The position numbers and the translations under genes were made by a program. Positions 25,861 through 38,208 of a stretch of DNA of 64,000 nucleotides are shown here, piece after piece. The stretch is from contig NW_024704743.1 of NCBI RefSeq assembly GCF_018977255.1, forward strand, positions 40,984,001 to 41,048,000, written 5' to 3'. The DNA is from Callorhinchus milii (lineage: Eukaryota). The notes under the pieces are model-generated. The model ran no database searches. It saw only the letters and a program-made list of their open reading frames with translations, and was not told the origin of the DNA. Each line of letters starts with the position of its first letter. Positions within the stretch are counted from its first letter, which is position 1.

Positions 25861-26038
25861 CATTCAAATCTGTCTTCAACAACCACTCAGGGGACTGGGC
25901 CAAAGTGGCCTTTCCATAACGGTGGCCTCTGAATAAGGATTCATTAGTGTGCAAACCGGGGTTTCTGGACTTTTCCAGGGTGGTTGTTAACAGATGGTGG
26001 TTGCTGAATGGAGGTGGTTGCTTGAACAGGTTTCACTG
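25861..26038. mobile_element. Tc1/mariner (pogo/Tigger-like) MITE, 178 bp
   Basis: Degenerate TIRs CATTCAAATCTGTCTTCAACAACCAC and (reverse complement) CAGTGAAACCTGTTCAAGCAACCAC; TA on the left, TG on the right; three GGTGGTTG subterminal motifs. Confidence 0.55.
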
Positions 26039-26351
26039 TGACGCATATATATATATTTAGTTTGAAGATTCTTAAACAAGATGGTGAGGTTTTGCCAGTG
26101 TCAGATACACGGCTGACAAAAGACATCAAAGAACTGCATATTATTTCCTGGATTATCCTATAGCATAAAAGAAATCTCTTGCACTTGCTAGTAACTTTCC
26201 TTGTCTTTATTTTTAATCTGTAATCTGTCGTTTAGAATTTTCTGCATTGTTGAAACTGTATTAGCAACAGATGTCCAAACCTCCTTTGTGGCCAATCTTT
26301 CCTCATCTCCTAAATTCTAAATTAATCTAGTAGCCTTCTGTTATGCTCCCT

Positions 26352-26785
26352 CTAATAATAATAATTCTTACATTTGCTGTATCGACTTTCTGTTGGAAGG
26401 ATGTCTCAAAGTGCTTCACAGGATATTCTGTAAGGTATAGTCACTGCATATCTCACTTTGGAACGTCTTCCCGACATGAAAGATGCTATACATATGTAAG
26501 TTGGTTGTTATAGCCAAATGCAGCAACCAATTTGTGCATAGCAGTGTTCCTCAAAAGCTATGAAATGAATGATTAATTTAACTGCCGGATTGTTGGCCAT
26601 AACACAAGGAGAAATTTCATTTTTTTCTTTTCAAATAATGTCATGGGATCTTTAGTGTTGTGAGTTGAGCAAGTTGAATGTCTATCATCATTTATCAAAA
26701 AGAAAATGAGTGAGCATTTTGAGTACTTGGGGTTGGAATCCATAACCTTCCAACACACGAGGCGAGAATGCTACCAACTGAGGCA
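26352..26785 (-). mobile_element. Older DeuSINE, near full length, carrying a short antisense L2 tail
   Basis: Head gcctcagttggtagcattctcgcctc...gaaggttatggattcca (SacSINE1-like), Deu core and tail; a plus-strand L2 tail (cactttggaacgtcttcccgacatgaaag...) is nested at about 26453-26510. Confidence 0.7.
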
Positions 26786-27924
26786 GGGTGGACCTTATCA
26801 TATTTTAAAATAAAGCAGAACAAAACTGCCCACTGCACTCCTAATATTGGGCCTGCAATTACACTTGGGTTTATTAGTCTCTAAATCCATTTTGTCTCAA
26901 AATGTAAGATTGTGCAGAATTGAGGAAAATTCTTAAATGTCTCACTTGGAAATCAGTTGTTTTTCAAATTGTGGAAACTGTTTCCAAATTCAGACTTAAT
27001 TCAAGAACTGTTCACATTACACTGCATTATAAATCAAAATGTCTTTCCCGACTGAGCTGCAGATTTTAAGCATCTGCTCACTCCAAGGCTAAATATGACT
27101 TTAAAATCACCTCTTTTTATTTATACAAACATTTTATATAAACCTTTCAATTTATACACTACCCTTTTAACTATACATCTCATACATTTTATGTTTGTTT
27201 CATTAAAAAAAGTGTTCATATTATCATGTATTTTTGCAGTTGTGCTGTTGAAAGGGACTAATTTAGGATATATGTAACCTAAAATAGAAATTTCATGTAT
27301 AACAGTTACTCAATTCACTGCAATGTAAAAAGAAAATCTGTTAGAAATCAATTTTAAAATTAAGTTATGTTTAAATGGATTTTAAGTTGAACATTTTAGT
27401 ACATGACCTTTTAAGATCTAATTGTCTTCTCCCTTTCGACAACCCAATACATTTATTAATCAATTAAATCTTCAAATGGTATCTTTATTACATCAAATTA
27501 AATTTTTAACACTTATAATCACTCAATATTAGCGACATTTAGTGATGAAAAGAATTTCACATGAGTGATAAAATGAAGGTCATGTCATCAACATTTACTC
27601 TATATGCAGAATTTGAGGAAGTACCTGAGGAGATTTATAATCTGTTCCCACATATCAGAGAACAAGCAACATCTTTGGCAACTCAGCGTTGATCTTAAAA
27701 CAGATTGTTTGTTTTACTGGGTATCAAGAGAGTACCATCCTTCACATGTGATATCAAACTGAGATCTTGTCTGCCTGGCATGGGTGACATTTAAGATCCT
27801 GGGACACTATTAAAAAAATTGATCTTTCAATCCATGTCTAAGTGTGGTAGATTGTTGTGAGCAACTTACCTGTCAAGTTTTCTGACAAATACATAGCCAG
27901 TACTCTTTCGAGAAACATCTACAA

Positions 27925-28500
27925 AATACAAAATTACATTTGCAAAGTGTCTTTCACATTGGGAGGACATCCCAACACGCTGAACACTGAGGAATCAGTA
28001 ACCCGAGGAGGGGTTGGGGGTTTGGAATCAGGGAGGGTGCAGGGCAGAGAAGGTAGGAATGCGGCCGAAGGCACGGTCAAAGAGGAGGGTCTTGAGGGCA
28101 AGGGAGAGGGCGAGGCGAAGGGAATGCGGGATGGAGTTCCAAAGGGTGGGAGCAGAGAGGCTGAAGGCCCGATCGCCGATGGTGGGATGGGCCAGGCGGG
28201 GGATATGGAGCAGACCAGAGCCTGCTGAGCAGAGGGAGAGGACAGGTTGATAAGTGGTGAGCAGATCGGAGAGGTAGGAGGTGCAAGGCCATGGAGGACC
28301 ATGGAGGTGAGGATGAGAATTTTGAACTCGATTCTCTGAGGGATAGGGAGCCAGTGGAGCCGGGCAAGGGTGGATGTGATGGGGTCACGGAGCCTGGTAT
28401 GGGAGAGGGCACGAGCTGCAGTGTTCTGGATGATATGCAGCCTGTGAAGGGAAGAGTAGGGAAGGCTAACAAGCAGGGCATTGGCATAGTTGAGCCAGGC
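27925..28500 (-). mobile_element. L2-A 3' fragment
   Basis: LNYANALLVSLP...[15 protein letters not shown] in ORF 27934-28509; tail at the left end. Confidence 0.92.
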
Positions 28501-28608
28501 TTTCCCCACCCTCCCCCTCCCGCTCGGGTCCTAATCCCTGACTGTTCAGACTGTTCAGCGCTTTGGGACGTCCTTCCGATGTGAAAGGCGCTTTACAAAT
28601 GTAATTTT
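28501..28608 (+). mobile_element. L2-A 3' tail fused directly to the preceding antisense copy
   Basis: cgggtcctaatccctgactgttcag...gcgctttgggacgtccttccgatgtgaaaggcgctttacaaatgtaatttt. Confidence 0.88.
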
Positions 28609-29944
28609 CTATATATTGATTTATTTTGCAGTTTCTAACTAGTTGCAGTAACTGAAAAAGCATTCATGAAAAACTTTCATGAGAATGTAAAGAGGTGCAA
28701 TAAAGCTAAGCTTAGATCAGCGATTATGCACAGTAAAGGTCCATTCTAATCAATCAATTTACATTTTATAACATGACTACAAGAAACGAGCAGATCTAGT
28801 CATTACCCTATGACAGTGTAGTAGACATCCAGCAATAAAACCAATATCCTATTATAGTATTTCATCTGACACAGCACAGATATACAATGCTATAGATGTC
28901 TCCTGAAAAAGTTCTTTAGGGAATATTAATGGACCCATTGACATATTTGAACTGAGCAAAATTAAGTGAATACATTAAAGTCATTGGTTTTCTGTTTTAT
29001 AAAAGATCAATATCAGTTCCTTTTTTGCCCGGAAAGCATGCTATAGGAGGTGCACTCAGGTTTTCCATGACTTATAGGAGTAATTACAAAGACTGCATAA
29101 GTAATTGAATTTTCTGAAATACAGCCCACAGAGGAAAAACCCCAAGTCAAATCCCAAGAGATCTCTTCACTGGAAAAATGCATTCACTTGATTAAAAAAC
29201 TATAATGTTGAGCGACTTATTGCTAATGTACTCAAGAAGTTGACTTAAGAAATATGCTCAGCAAACATTCAGATAATAAGCTCCTACGAAATTATTCCCA
29301 GCACAAGCAGTACTTGAGGCGATCTGATCTACATGTTTGTAACATGCTTAATGAGGTAGCTCTGAGGAGTATACCAGTTTGAGGTTTGAAGTAATCCATA
29401 GCAGGCAAAAGCAATGGCCAACAGAAGGTTTAATTAACATCTGAATCCCTGTCACTGACTTGGTGAACAAAGAGCTAAGAAAGCTCGTGAAGAAATAAGC
29501 TGTTACCTCAGTAATTATTACATCTCACAGCAGTCATTTCTCATTTCATTAAGATCACAGTGGTTGAGAGCACTAAAAGCTGCAGACGTGCTGCTGTCTA
29601 ATGGAGTGGAGTGGCTCCACTGAAAAATAAGCTACTAATTGGCAGTAATGAGGAGCACTCCCTCCATTCCTAAGAAGAAAGCACAGTAATAAACAAGTAA
29701 GAGGCACCCACAATACGAAACAAACACCTTCAAACCAATAATAAATTAATCCTTCTTTTGATCACCCATAGACACATTTGAGTTTAATACTGTACTCACA
29801 TGACAGTGCAATAGAAAGGTGGTGGAAATTGTTGGTCTAAATAACATGGATTTGAGCTTCCTCTTAAAGCAATATCATTTAACTCTTTTTGTTCACAGTT
29901 CCAGTTCACATGACTGAACCCCCACCTCAAGCAGCAGTTCTTGC

Positions 29945-30170
29945 CAGGCAATTTAATCATTTTGCAGCCCTCCCTATACTCAATAGCACTTCCAAATGCA
30001 ATTGTTGGGCCAGATGATAAGAACACTTCTGACTGTTTGCTATTTGTTGGACATAGCAATGCACAAATTGGCTGCGGTATTTGACTAACGAAATACACAC
30101 TTTATAATAATTCCCGTGAAGTGGTTTGAGACAACCTCCTGACATGAAAGACATGTTTACAAATGCAAGA
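29945..30170 (-). mobile_element. Older DeuSINE remnant (orientation mixed or uncertain)
   Basis: gcacaaattggctgcgg...gtgaagtggtttgagacaacctcctgacatgaaag...aaatgcaag is Deu core plus tail. This core/tail part reads on the plus strand; the strand of the upstream portion is unclear. Confidence 0.4.
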
Positions 30171-30654
30171 ACTGTTAGCACTGTTATAATAATGGTAAAT
30201 CAACAGTTGTGTTTACACTGCGTATCAGACAGAAATATTATTGAATAGAAAAGGAACTGCGCTAATTGGAGGCACAGTCTGCTGCCAAAAATGCCTCTTT
30301 TGCACTGCCTGCACCGAAATGTTGCATTGGCAGTCAACAGTGATGGCAACACACATTCTATGCCTGCTTTGACATTTATCTTCCCTACTGGTCACTGTGT
30401 AAGTACAATTCACATATGTAGAAAAAAAGATAAGGAACAAAGTCATTTATGTTTAATTGCAGATTCTGGTTCCATCAACTGCAATGGAAAAGGTGGATAA
30501 TGTCCAGGGATAAAGATACCCTATATTCAATGAAAACTCCAGGCCCCACTGCTGTTACTTACTTATATAGTGGATGAAAAAGTTTATGCACATACAAAGA
30601 ACATATAATGTCTTTGTATCACATACATATTATAAAATAAATAACCCTTCCATT

Positions 30655-30990
30655 TAATATAACATCTCTTCATGCTATCAAAACAGGTCAAAGTGCTTCA
30701 CAGGATATTACTATGAAGTGTCGTCACTGTGAAATATAATATAGTCAAGATGTGATCATGAAGGTCAATTTTCATACAATAAGACCCACAAAGAGCCATG
30801 AATTGAATTAGCAATTTTATCTAGGGGACTGTTGGCCAGGAAACTTGGAGAAACTCCCTTCACTTGTGAATAGTACAATCTGATCATTAATTTTTAACTG
30901 AACAGACAGACTGGATGTGGGTTTAACATCTCATCCAACAGACAACATCTCTGACAATCTCTTCTCCAACACTTTACTGGAGTTTCAGTC
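30655..30990 (-). mobile_element. Older DeuSINE remnant
   Basis: aaagtgcttcacagg...gttggccaggaaacttggagaaactccc...ggtttaacatctcatcc, the reverse complement of the Deu domain. Confidence 0.65.
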
Positions 30991-31094
30991 AAAACTGTTA
31001 GGTTAGTTCTAAGACACTGTGTAATAGAATATTACTATTCTTCACATGTCCAATGGCATTTAAAAGAAAAGTCTGTGGCTGAAATATTATTCTT

Positions 31095-31350
31095 AAGAGT
31101 GAGCCGAATGGCCCTCTTCTGTGCTGTATGAATGCATCCCACATGCCCTTTGCCTCGCTCCCTCATTTGCCTCCTTCAAGGCATGTCTCAAGACCCTCCT
31201 CTTCGACTGCACTTTCAGCCACACTCCTACCCTCCCTGCCCTCCACCCTTCCTGATCCCAATACCAGTTCGGGTCCAAATCCCTGACTGGCCAGTGCCAA
31301 GGATGTCCTCCTGACATGCAAGCCCCTATACAAATTTAATTTGTTCTTGT
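31095..31350 (+). mobile_element. L2-A 3' fragment
   Basis: tccttcaaggcatgtctcaagaccctcctcttcgac...ggatgtcctcctgacatg. Confidence 0.8.
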
Positions 31351-32889
31351 TTTTGAGGAACCATAAATCAAAACTCTTTCAATTATAATGCATTTGCAAA
31401 TGTTGTGTGGAATGGGACTGCTCAGTGTAACACAACCTGGAATGTTGCTGAAAAACATCATCTGTATTGGTGGCAACTTCGACTGACCTACTGTGTCCCG
31501 AGAATTGTTTTGCTGCCATCCTCTCCATTGGCATGACCATGCTGCTCCAGGTTCCTTTTCCTTCCAAGAACCTTACAGATAAGCGATGTAAACAACACCA
31601 CAATCACTCAGCTTCTTTACCAGAGGTGACACCTTTTTGTTCATTATCCTTTCACAGATCTGTTTCTGTAATGGTTCTCATTAAAAAACAATTAGGGATG
31701 AATATGGATTCCAGACAGAGTTCTGAGTAAACATATCCCAGGTCAGAATCGAGCTTTACCTTCCCCCCAAAAAAACATGGTTCTAGCTCCTTAAACGAAA
31801 AGATTGTGTATCAGAGACTAATTTGTGATATTTGTAAATTGTATTTACTAAGTTAACTGCAACTTCTGGAAAATGCAAATAAACCAACTATACAATTTGT
31901 GAGTAGTACAAATTAGAACACAAACTTAACATTCTTAAAAGTTTTGCCTGTGGCTTCCTCACACTCATTAAAATGTATCGCGACACAGAGCAAAGTTACG
32001 CATATAATGCCATGTTAAATGATTCTTAAAGATTACTGGAGGGAAGGTTCAATACCAAGTGAAGGAGCCCACACGAATGCATCATTTTAAGCTTGTAAGA
32101 AAGTGCATTCATGTCAGAAGGAGTCTCAAAGGGCTTTACAAGATTTACTGTAAAGCCGAATGGCTGTATTTTGTGGGCGAATTAAGGAGGGCTTAGTGAT
32201 AAAACTTAGTCCATAGTATTCATAAAGAAACCTCCATATGGCATTAAGACTAGCAAAGGAAGATGTTTTACAAGCAACTTAGACGGTCACAATACAGAGA
32301 AATTTTACTTCAACATGTGAGGTAATCAGAAAACTTTGAACATTGGCTTATTCACTCATTTGAAAATATTTAATCTTCTATTTCATGTGAACCTCAACAG
32401 TAATGCTTTACAAGTGAGATTATTATTTTACCAATATGAGTGGAAGATATTTTTTTTCCTAAATGTCTTAAATAACACCCTTCCTTAATTAAGGAATGCT
32501 TTATCAACCAGACAGAATATAACATTGAAACATCCCTAAAATCTTAACAGGTTTGGGAATGAATGCATAACTCAGGGGAAAAGAATTGTACACAAGTGCT
32601 TTAGATTTAATATCTAGTGTCAGGCTATGCATTAGTTGGTGATAACTCCACAGATCTTTATTCTCAGATGTAGGAGAATCTTTTCAACGCTATTTCACCG
32701 CTGCTTCACCATATAATGCCTAATTTGAAGCTGGTATCAGATGAGGCAACATTAAAATGTTTATTCTGCAATAGGCAATAACGACCTCAAGACTTCTTAC
32801 TAGTGAAAAAAACATTTTGTTTTACTGAGTGCACACTAGCAGAGATTAATAAATTGACCAATAAGCAGTGAAATTTTTCCAATTATTCC

Positions 32890-33060
32890 AGATGAGATGA
32901 TAAAACAAGATTCTGCCTACCTATTTGTTCAGGTGAACGTTAAAGATCTGTCCACAAAATATACAGTCAATTCAGTTTACAATATATTCTGTAATGCACT
33001 TTGAGACATCTCAATGATGTGAAAAGGTGCTATATCAAATGCAAGGATTATTATTTATTA
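32890..33060 (+). mobile_element. SINE fragments (Deu 5' piece + young SINE tail)
   Basis: gatgagatgataaaac...caggtgaacgttaaagatc, then ccacaaaatatacagtc...aaggattattatt. Confidence 0.75.
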
Positions 33061-33387
33061 TCATCCCATAGTACTGTGCAAAAAGAGAAAGAAGTTTCAT
33101 CCTGTGTCTTTGAGGAAGTTTCACCTCATAGCTGATGGTGGATGTAGCTGTGCACCAAATGGCTGTTGCATTTATCAGCAAAAAATAATCACTTCACTTG
33201 ATACTAATTAAAGTGCTTGGAGACATTTTGACATCCTTGATATTATTGACAATACTCTGTCACTTCCTGGGGATAAAGTTCCATGGTTACTCACAGGACT
33301 TCAGTACAACATCCAATATGCTAAGCATGACCTGGCCTTACAAAGGTCTTAAATTGATCATGGGCTTAGCCATTGTCGTAATATTTA

Positions 33388-33662
33388 ATTTTTTTGGGGG
33401 GTCAGCCGTGTGTCTGACACATGCGGACACCCATCACTATGCTTAGGAGTATCCAAACCAAGTTGAGAATTCCATACATCCCACCTACACGTGAAAATGC
33501 CAGAGATAGAGTGTTGGAATGGAATGCGCACTCTCTCCCTGGATGGACGCATCCTGCTTACCTAACTCCGGAAAGTATTAGGTCCAGGTTGGCTGGAGTC
33601 AAGGCTTGGGCACCCCAGGGTGTGCATTGGGGTATTGCTGGAGTCTGACCTGTTAAATCTGC
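33388..33662 (-). repeat. Repeat X, most complete copy
   Basis: T-run, ggtcagccgtgtgtctgac...catcccacctacacg...catcctgcttacc...ccggaaagtatt...ggggtattgctggagtctgacc. Confidence 0.85.
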
Positions 33663-33912
33663 ATAGATTGCCATTGATATCACTGTCTTAATATTCCCAA
33701 TGTGGAAGGTGCTTTACAAATGTAATTTTGCATTGTATTGTATAATTTCCCTGTCTCTCTGTGTTTATAATCGAGAATGATGAGCAGACGTAGGTCACCT
33801 AAACAGAAGGAGATTGGCAAAGCGATAGATTAAAAATAAACACAACCCTTTGAAATTCAACAGAATTCTTGCTGTTTCGGCAGAGTCAAAAGTAAATACT
33901 CACATTAGTGAG

Positions 33913-33969
33913 ATGTAGCAATACAAGTATCCTAACTATTTAATAGGTAGCATACTTGTATTGCTATAT
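33913..33969. repeat. 57-bp near-perfect palindrome
   Basis: Arms 33913-33940 and 33942-33969 are complementary at 25 of 28 positions around a single T. Confidence 0.9.
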
Positions 33970-34139
33970 GACAAAACAGTAAGCGCTCTGGGACGCTACC
34001 TTGCGTGAGGGGCGCTATATAAATGTGTGTTGTTGTTCATATGAAGTTTACAATTGTAAATAAAAAGAGTTTCAGAATATGAGTAGCTCTTTTGTCGAGG
34101 TAGGAACGTGCTGTGCGAGACATAAAATTATACTATTTC

Positions 34140-34465
34140 AATACAGTACGTGAAGTGCTGCATTGTCAGAGATGCTGACCTTTGGAAGAGTTATTAAACC
34201 AATGTCCCATCTGCCTGTTTAGGAGGATGATGAACATTCCATGGCTCCATTTCAAATGAGAAGAGATTCTCTCTCGGTTTCCTGGTCAACAATACCCAGA
34301 AAAATGTGATTATTCACTTTATGGCTGTTTTTGAGACATTGCTGTGTGCAAATCGGCTACTGCATTTGCGAATAAACGACAGTTACTGCACTTTATAGTA
34401 AGTCTTGTGAAGTGCTTTGAGGCTAAATATTAAGGAGCTTTATCAAAATGCAAAGATTATTATTT
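34140..34465 (+). mobile_element. Older DeuSINE with full Deu domain
   Basis: agtgctgcattgtcagagatgctg...ttaaacc...catctgcctg...ccatggc...cctggtcaac...gctgtgtgcaaatcggct, plus tail. Confidence 0.75.
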
Positions 34466-34719
34466 AACATAGGCCATGAACTTAGACCATGAAAATCCAT
34501 TGCAATCTGTTTTGTCAGTCCCATTTTCAAATAATCCCCAAATCCACTTTGACATAAAAAAAGTATCCCCTCTGAAACTGTTTGTTACCTCTCTTACTGT
34601 TCCCCACATTAACAACCTGCTGCATGAATTACAGAAGTTAAATCTGAAAGATCAATTCATTCTCTCCCTTCTGTGGTTGAGACTATGACCCCTTGTTGTG
34701 GACTTGTTACGCACGTAGT

Positions 34720-35068
34720 GGAATCCTGTTGGTTAGAGCGCTCGCCTTGCAAGCGAAAGGATCTGGGTTTGATTCCTCGGCAGGACGCAATGTATCCTTA
34801 CTCCACACACCTCTGTTTACTTAGCAGTAAGTAGGAACTGAGTTTTTAGCCGATTGGTGGATTGCTTTTCCGGGCGCCATAATCTCGTCAAAATGATAAT
34901 AATTTGGCTGCTCAATCCACGACTGTTTGTGGGACACTGCTGTGCGCAATTGGCTGCTGCATTTCGCCCACAAAATATACAGTCAATTCACTTTGCAGTA
35001 TATTCTATGAAGCATTTTGAGACAACTTGAAGACATGATAAGGCGCTATATCAAATATAGGCCTTATT
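34720..35068 (+). mobile_element. Young tRNA-derived SINE, long form
   Basis: tRNA head, extra segment cctctgtttacttagcagtaagtaggaac...gattggtggattgc, Deu-type core, tail. Confidence 0.9.
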
Positions 35069-36689
35069 TTTTTTTAATTTGATTTCCTTTATTTTGTGGT
35101 GGAGTGCAGTGCTTCTCTCTTACAGGTGAATTTTTTTTTCTGTTTAAGATTTATTTTGTATCTCGTACATAACATTGTGACCCTTTGGATGTAACAGGGC
35201 ACTTGTTGCTGACAAGCTTTCTCTGAGTTTCAAAATCATTTCATGTTGTAAATCTTACAGGGGCAAAAAATTGCATATAAGTTGCCTCTCAGCCCTTCCA
35301 GGAGGTTTACTCTGTTTCGAACACACCACTTCTCTCACCCTTTTAACCAATTTTGCTAATTCACTGAATGAACTGATAGTAAAAATGAGTAGCACTGAGT
35401 GCAACTCACAGCTGGATGTTTTTTATTCTTTCTTTAAATTTCTAGAGAACGATGGGAATGAATGCTATCATTTAAGTCCTGAAAAAGGCTACCCAAGGAG
35501 GTTGAGTGGACAGTCTTTTATTAATTTATTAATTTACTGCTGTTCTCTGGTAATTCTATTCTGGTAAAAATGTCCTTTCACAGCAGATCAGTATTCACCT
35601 ATCATATATATATATCCTGCAAAGCACTTTGAGATGTCCTCCCAACGTGAAATGCGCAGTATCAAATGGAAAGATTATTTATTTTTATTTATTTATTATT
35701 TTAATAATAATTCTTGCATTTGATGTGACGTCAACTCATCAGAAGGACGTTTCAAAGTGCTTTGCAGGATTTACTGTAAAGTGCAGTGACTCGATTTTGT
35801 AAGCTATGCCAAAATCAACATGTTGTAGGCAAATTAGTGTCCAGGAGCTCATTTATGTGCAAAACAGGAGGAGAAAATGCACTTTAGGACAAAAGTTTCT
35901 TTGATTATTTAACTCTTCAACTTTACATAACACAATTTGTTCAATTATTAGACCATTTATTAGAATAAGAGTTTCTCAGAAACAAATATCATTACATTCT
36001 GCAGCATTTAGTTCAGGTGACGTTTGATTTATTATTTTAAATTTGAACTTTAGCAAGGCTCTTGTTTACAGCATATTGCTTGATGAAGCTATATTTCGTG
36101 CTCTGCAGGGCTAGTAACACAATAAGATTAACAGCATAAACCAAGTTAATGTGATATCCATTGATATAGAATGTGACATTAATGGTTAATTTATGACTGT
36201 GAAAGGACCCTGTGCCTTAGGGCAGGCTACAATAGCTTTTGTTCGAAAACCATCAATTCAAACTTGCAGTCCTGCGTCTTCCAAGGGACAAGCGAGTTTC
36301 CCTCAGTGTCCTGGTCAAAAAACAGTCACTCACTCCATGCTGTTTGTGGGACACGCTGTGCCCAAATTAGTTGCATGTTTTCCCACAAAATACACAGTCA
36401 CATCACTTTATAATATATCCTGTGAAGTGCTTTGAAACATCTCAACGATGTGGCAAATAAAGCGCTATATCAGATGCAAGGATTAGTATTAATAATTATT
36501 ATTAATGAATGGAGACTATATTCTGAATAAAACATAGCTGTAAAAAAATGTGGTTTATTTCAAGTAACACTTTATTAAATCACAATACCCTAGTTTCTTG
36601 AGAGGCAACAGAAATTCCAGCCCACTCTGCACGTGTCATACTAGCTTTCCCACCGGAGCTACAGGGACTCCTTCTGTTCCTATGATATC

Positions 36690-37260
36690 TAAATAGTCAG
36701 GATTGACAGACTAAATGCGAGGTATTTAATTACTCAGTTGACACAAAGATTTTAAAGGGGGAATTGTGGACTCGGAGGGTGCAGCTAAGATCTTACAATG
36801 GGAGCTTCACAGAGGATGCACCTAGGCTGATCATTGTCATATGAAGTTCAATTTGGACACTGTATGTAGGAAGTGAAATGAAAGAGGCACTGCATGGATT
36901 GGATAGATCTTGATAAAGGGCAAGCATAAAGGGTATTAGGAGAGTTAGTTGTCTTGTCGCTCACGATTTCCAAACAATGTCAAATTGCAATAAAGGAAGG
37001 AAACAGGATGTTGGATTAAGTTGTCAAAACAATTGACTTCAAACCCACAAAAGTTCAAGTGAAGCTGTGTAATGCTCAGGTCAGGGGACACCTGGAATAC
37101 TGTGTAATGCTATGGTTACCAGCTGGATGGTTGAGGATTGGATTTAAGAAGCAGTTTGATACTATAAGGGGAAGATGATAAGGTGGGTTTGAAGTTTGAA
37201 ATCAAATGAGTTAAATTACATTCTTCAACCAAATTGAGAGTGTTCATAGATAGTTCATTA
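36690..37260 (+). mobile_element. CR1 RT-region remnant
   Basis: aagctgtgtaatgctcaggtcaggggacacctggaatactgtgta resembles KLY.ALVRPHLEYCV. Confidence 0.65.
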
Positions 37261-37327
37261 AACCTATATCTAGAATCATGCAAATTTACAGCACAAAAAG
37301 GTCATTCGGCCCATCGATCCCCAGAAT

Positions 37328-37477
37328 AGGAATCCGCCAATCGACTAACAACTGGGTTTCTACTTACTGCTAGGCAAACAGATCCCTGTGGAGTAAGGAA
37401 ACTTACCCAAGGAAATGTTTCGCCCTGCCTGGGAATTGAACCCAGGTCCTCTTTCTTGCAAGGTGAGTGCTCTAACC
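37328..37477 (-). mobile_element. Young SINE (long form), 5' half only
   Basis: Reverse complement: ggttagagcactcaccttgcaag...gggttcaattccc...ttccttactccac...tgtttgcctagcagtaagtag...gattggcggatt. Confidence 0.85.
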
Positions 37478-37491
37478 TCTAATGTGATTGT

Positions 37492-37810
37492 GGAGTCCTG
37501 TAGCTCAGTGGATAGAGCACTCACCTCACAAGCGAGAGACTTGGGTTCGATTCCCGCTAAGGGGAAACCTTGGGCAAGTTTCCTTAATCAACATGGTTGA
37601 TAATAATCCCTCCCCTCTCGATAAAAAATAAGTAAAATAATAATTTGGTCACTCAATCCACAACTGTTGGTGGGACACTGCTGTGCGCAATTGGCTGCCG
37701 TGTTTCACCCACAAATACACAATCAATTCACTTTACAGTTTATTCTGTGAAGCGCTTTGAGATGTATAGAAGATGTGAAAAGTGCTATATCAAATGCAAG
37801 GATTATTATA
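37492..37810 (+). mobile_element. Full-length young SINE (short form)
   Basis: ggagtcctgtagctcagtggatagagc...ggttcgattccc head through aaggattatta tail. Confidence 0.92.
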
Positions 37811-38208
37811 ACATACAGAATGCCACATAGTATATCGGAGGAGCATGCTTGAATAATTGAATGTCTCTCTCCCATTTCTGTTTTCCTGTGTTCTTCAATC
37901 TATTGTGCAGCTATGGACGCCCAAGAGGAGCATAGAAGAGAGCATTGAGTCTCACTCCCAGTGTTAGAAAAATCAGCTTTGAGAATGAATACAAAAGCCA
38001 GGGACATCTCAAATGGCTAATGTTTTGAAAAAAACATTGAAAAGATAAATAATAGTAATAATAATCCTTGCCTTTGATTTAATGCCTCATCATGTCTTCG
38101 AGACCTCAAAGCACTTCACAGAATATACTGTAAAATGAATTGACTGTAAAAAGAAAGCAAACTGAAAGAAAAATTCACCTACTGCTTTTAGTAAAACCAT
38201 CTTAAACC

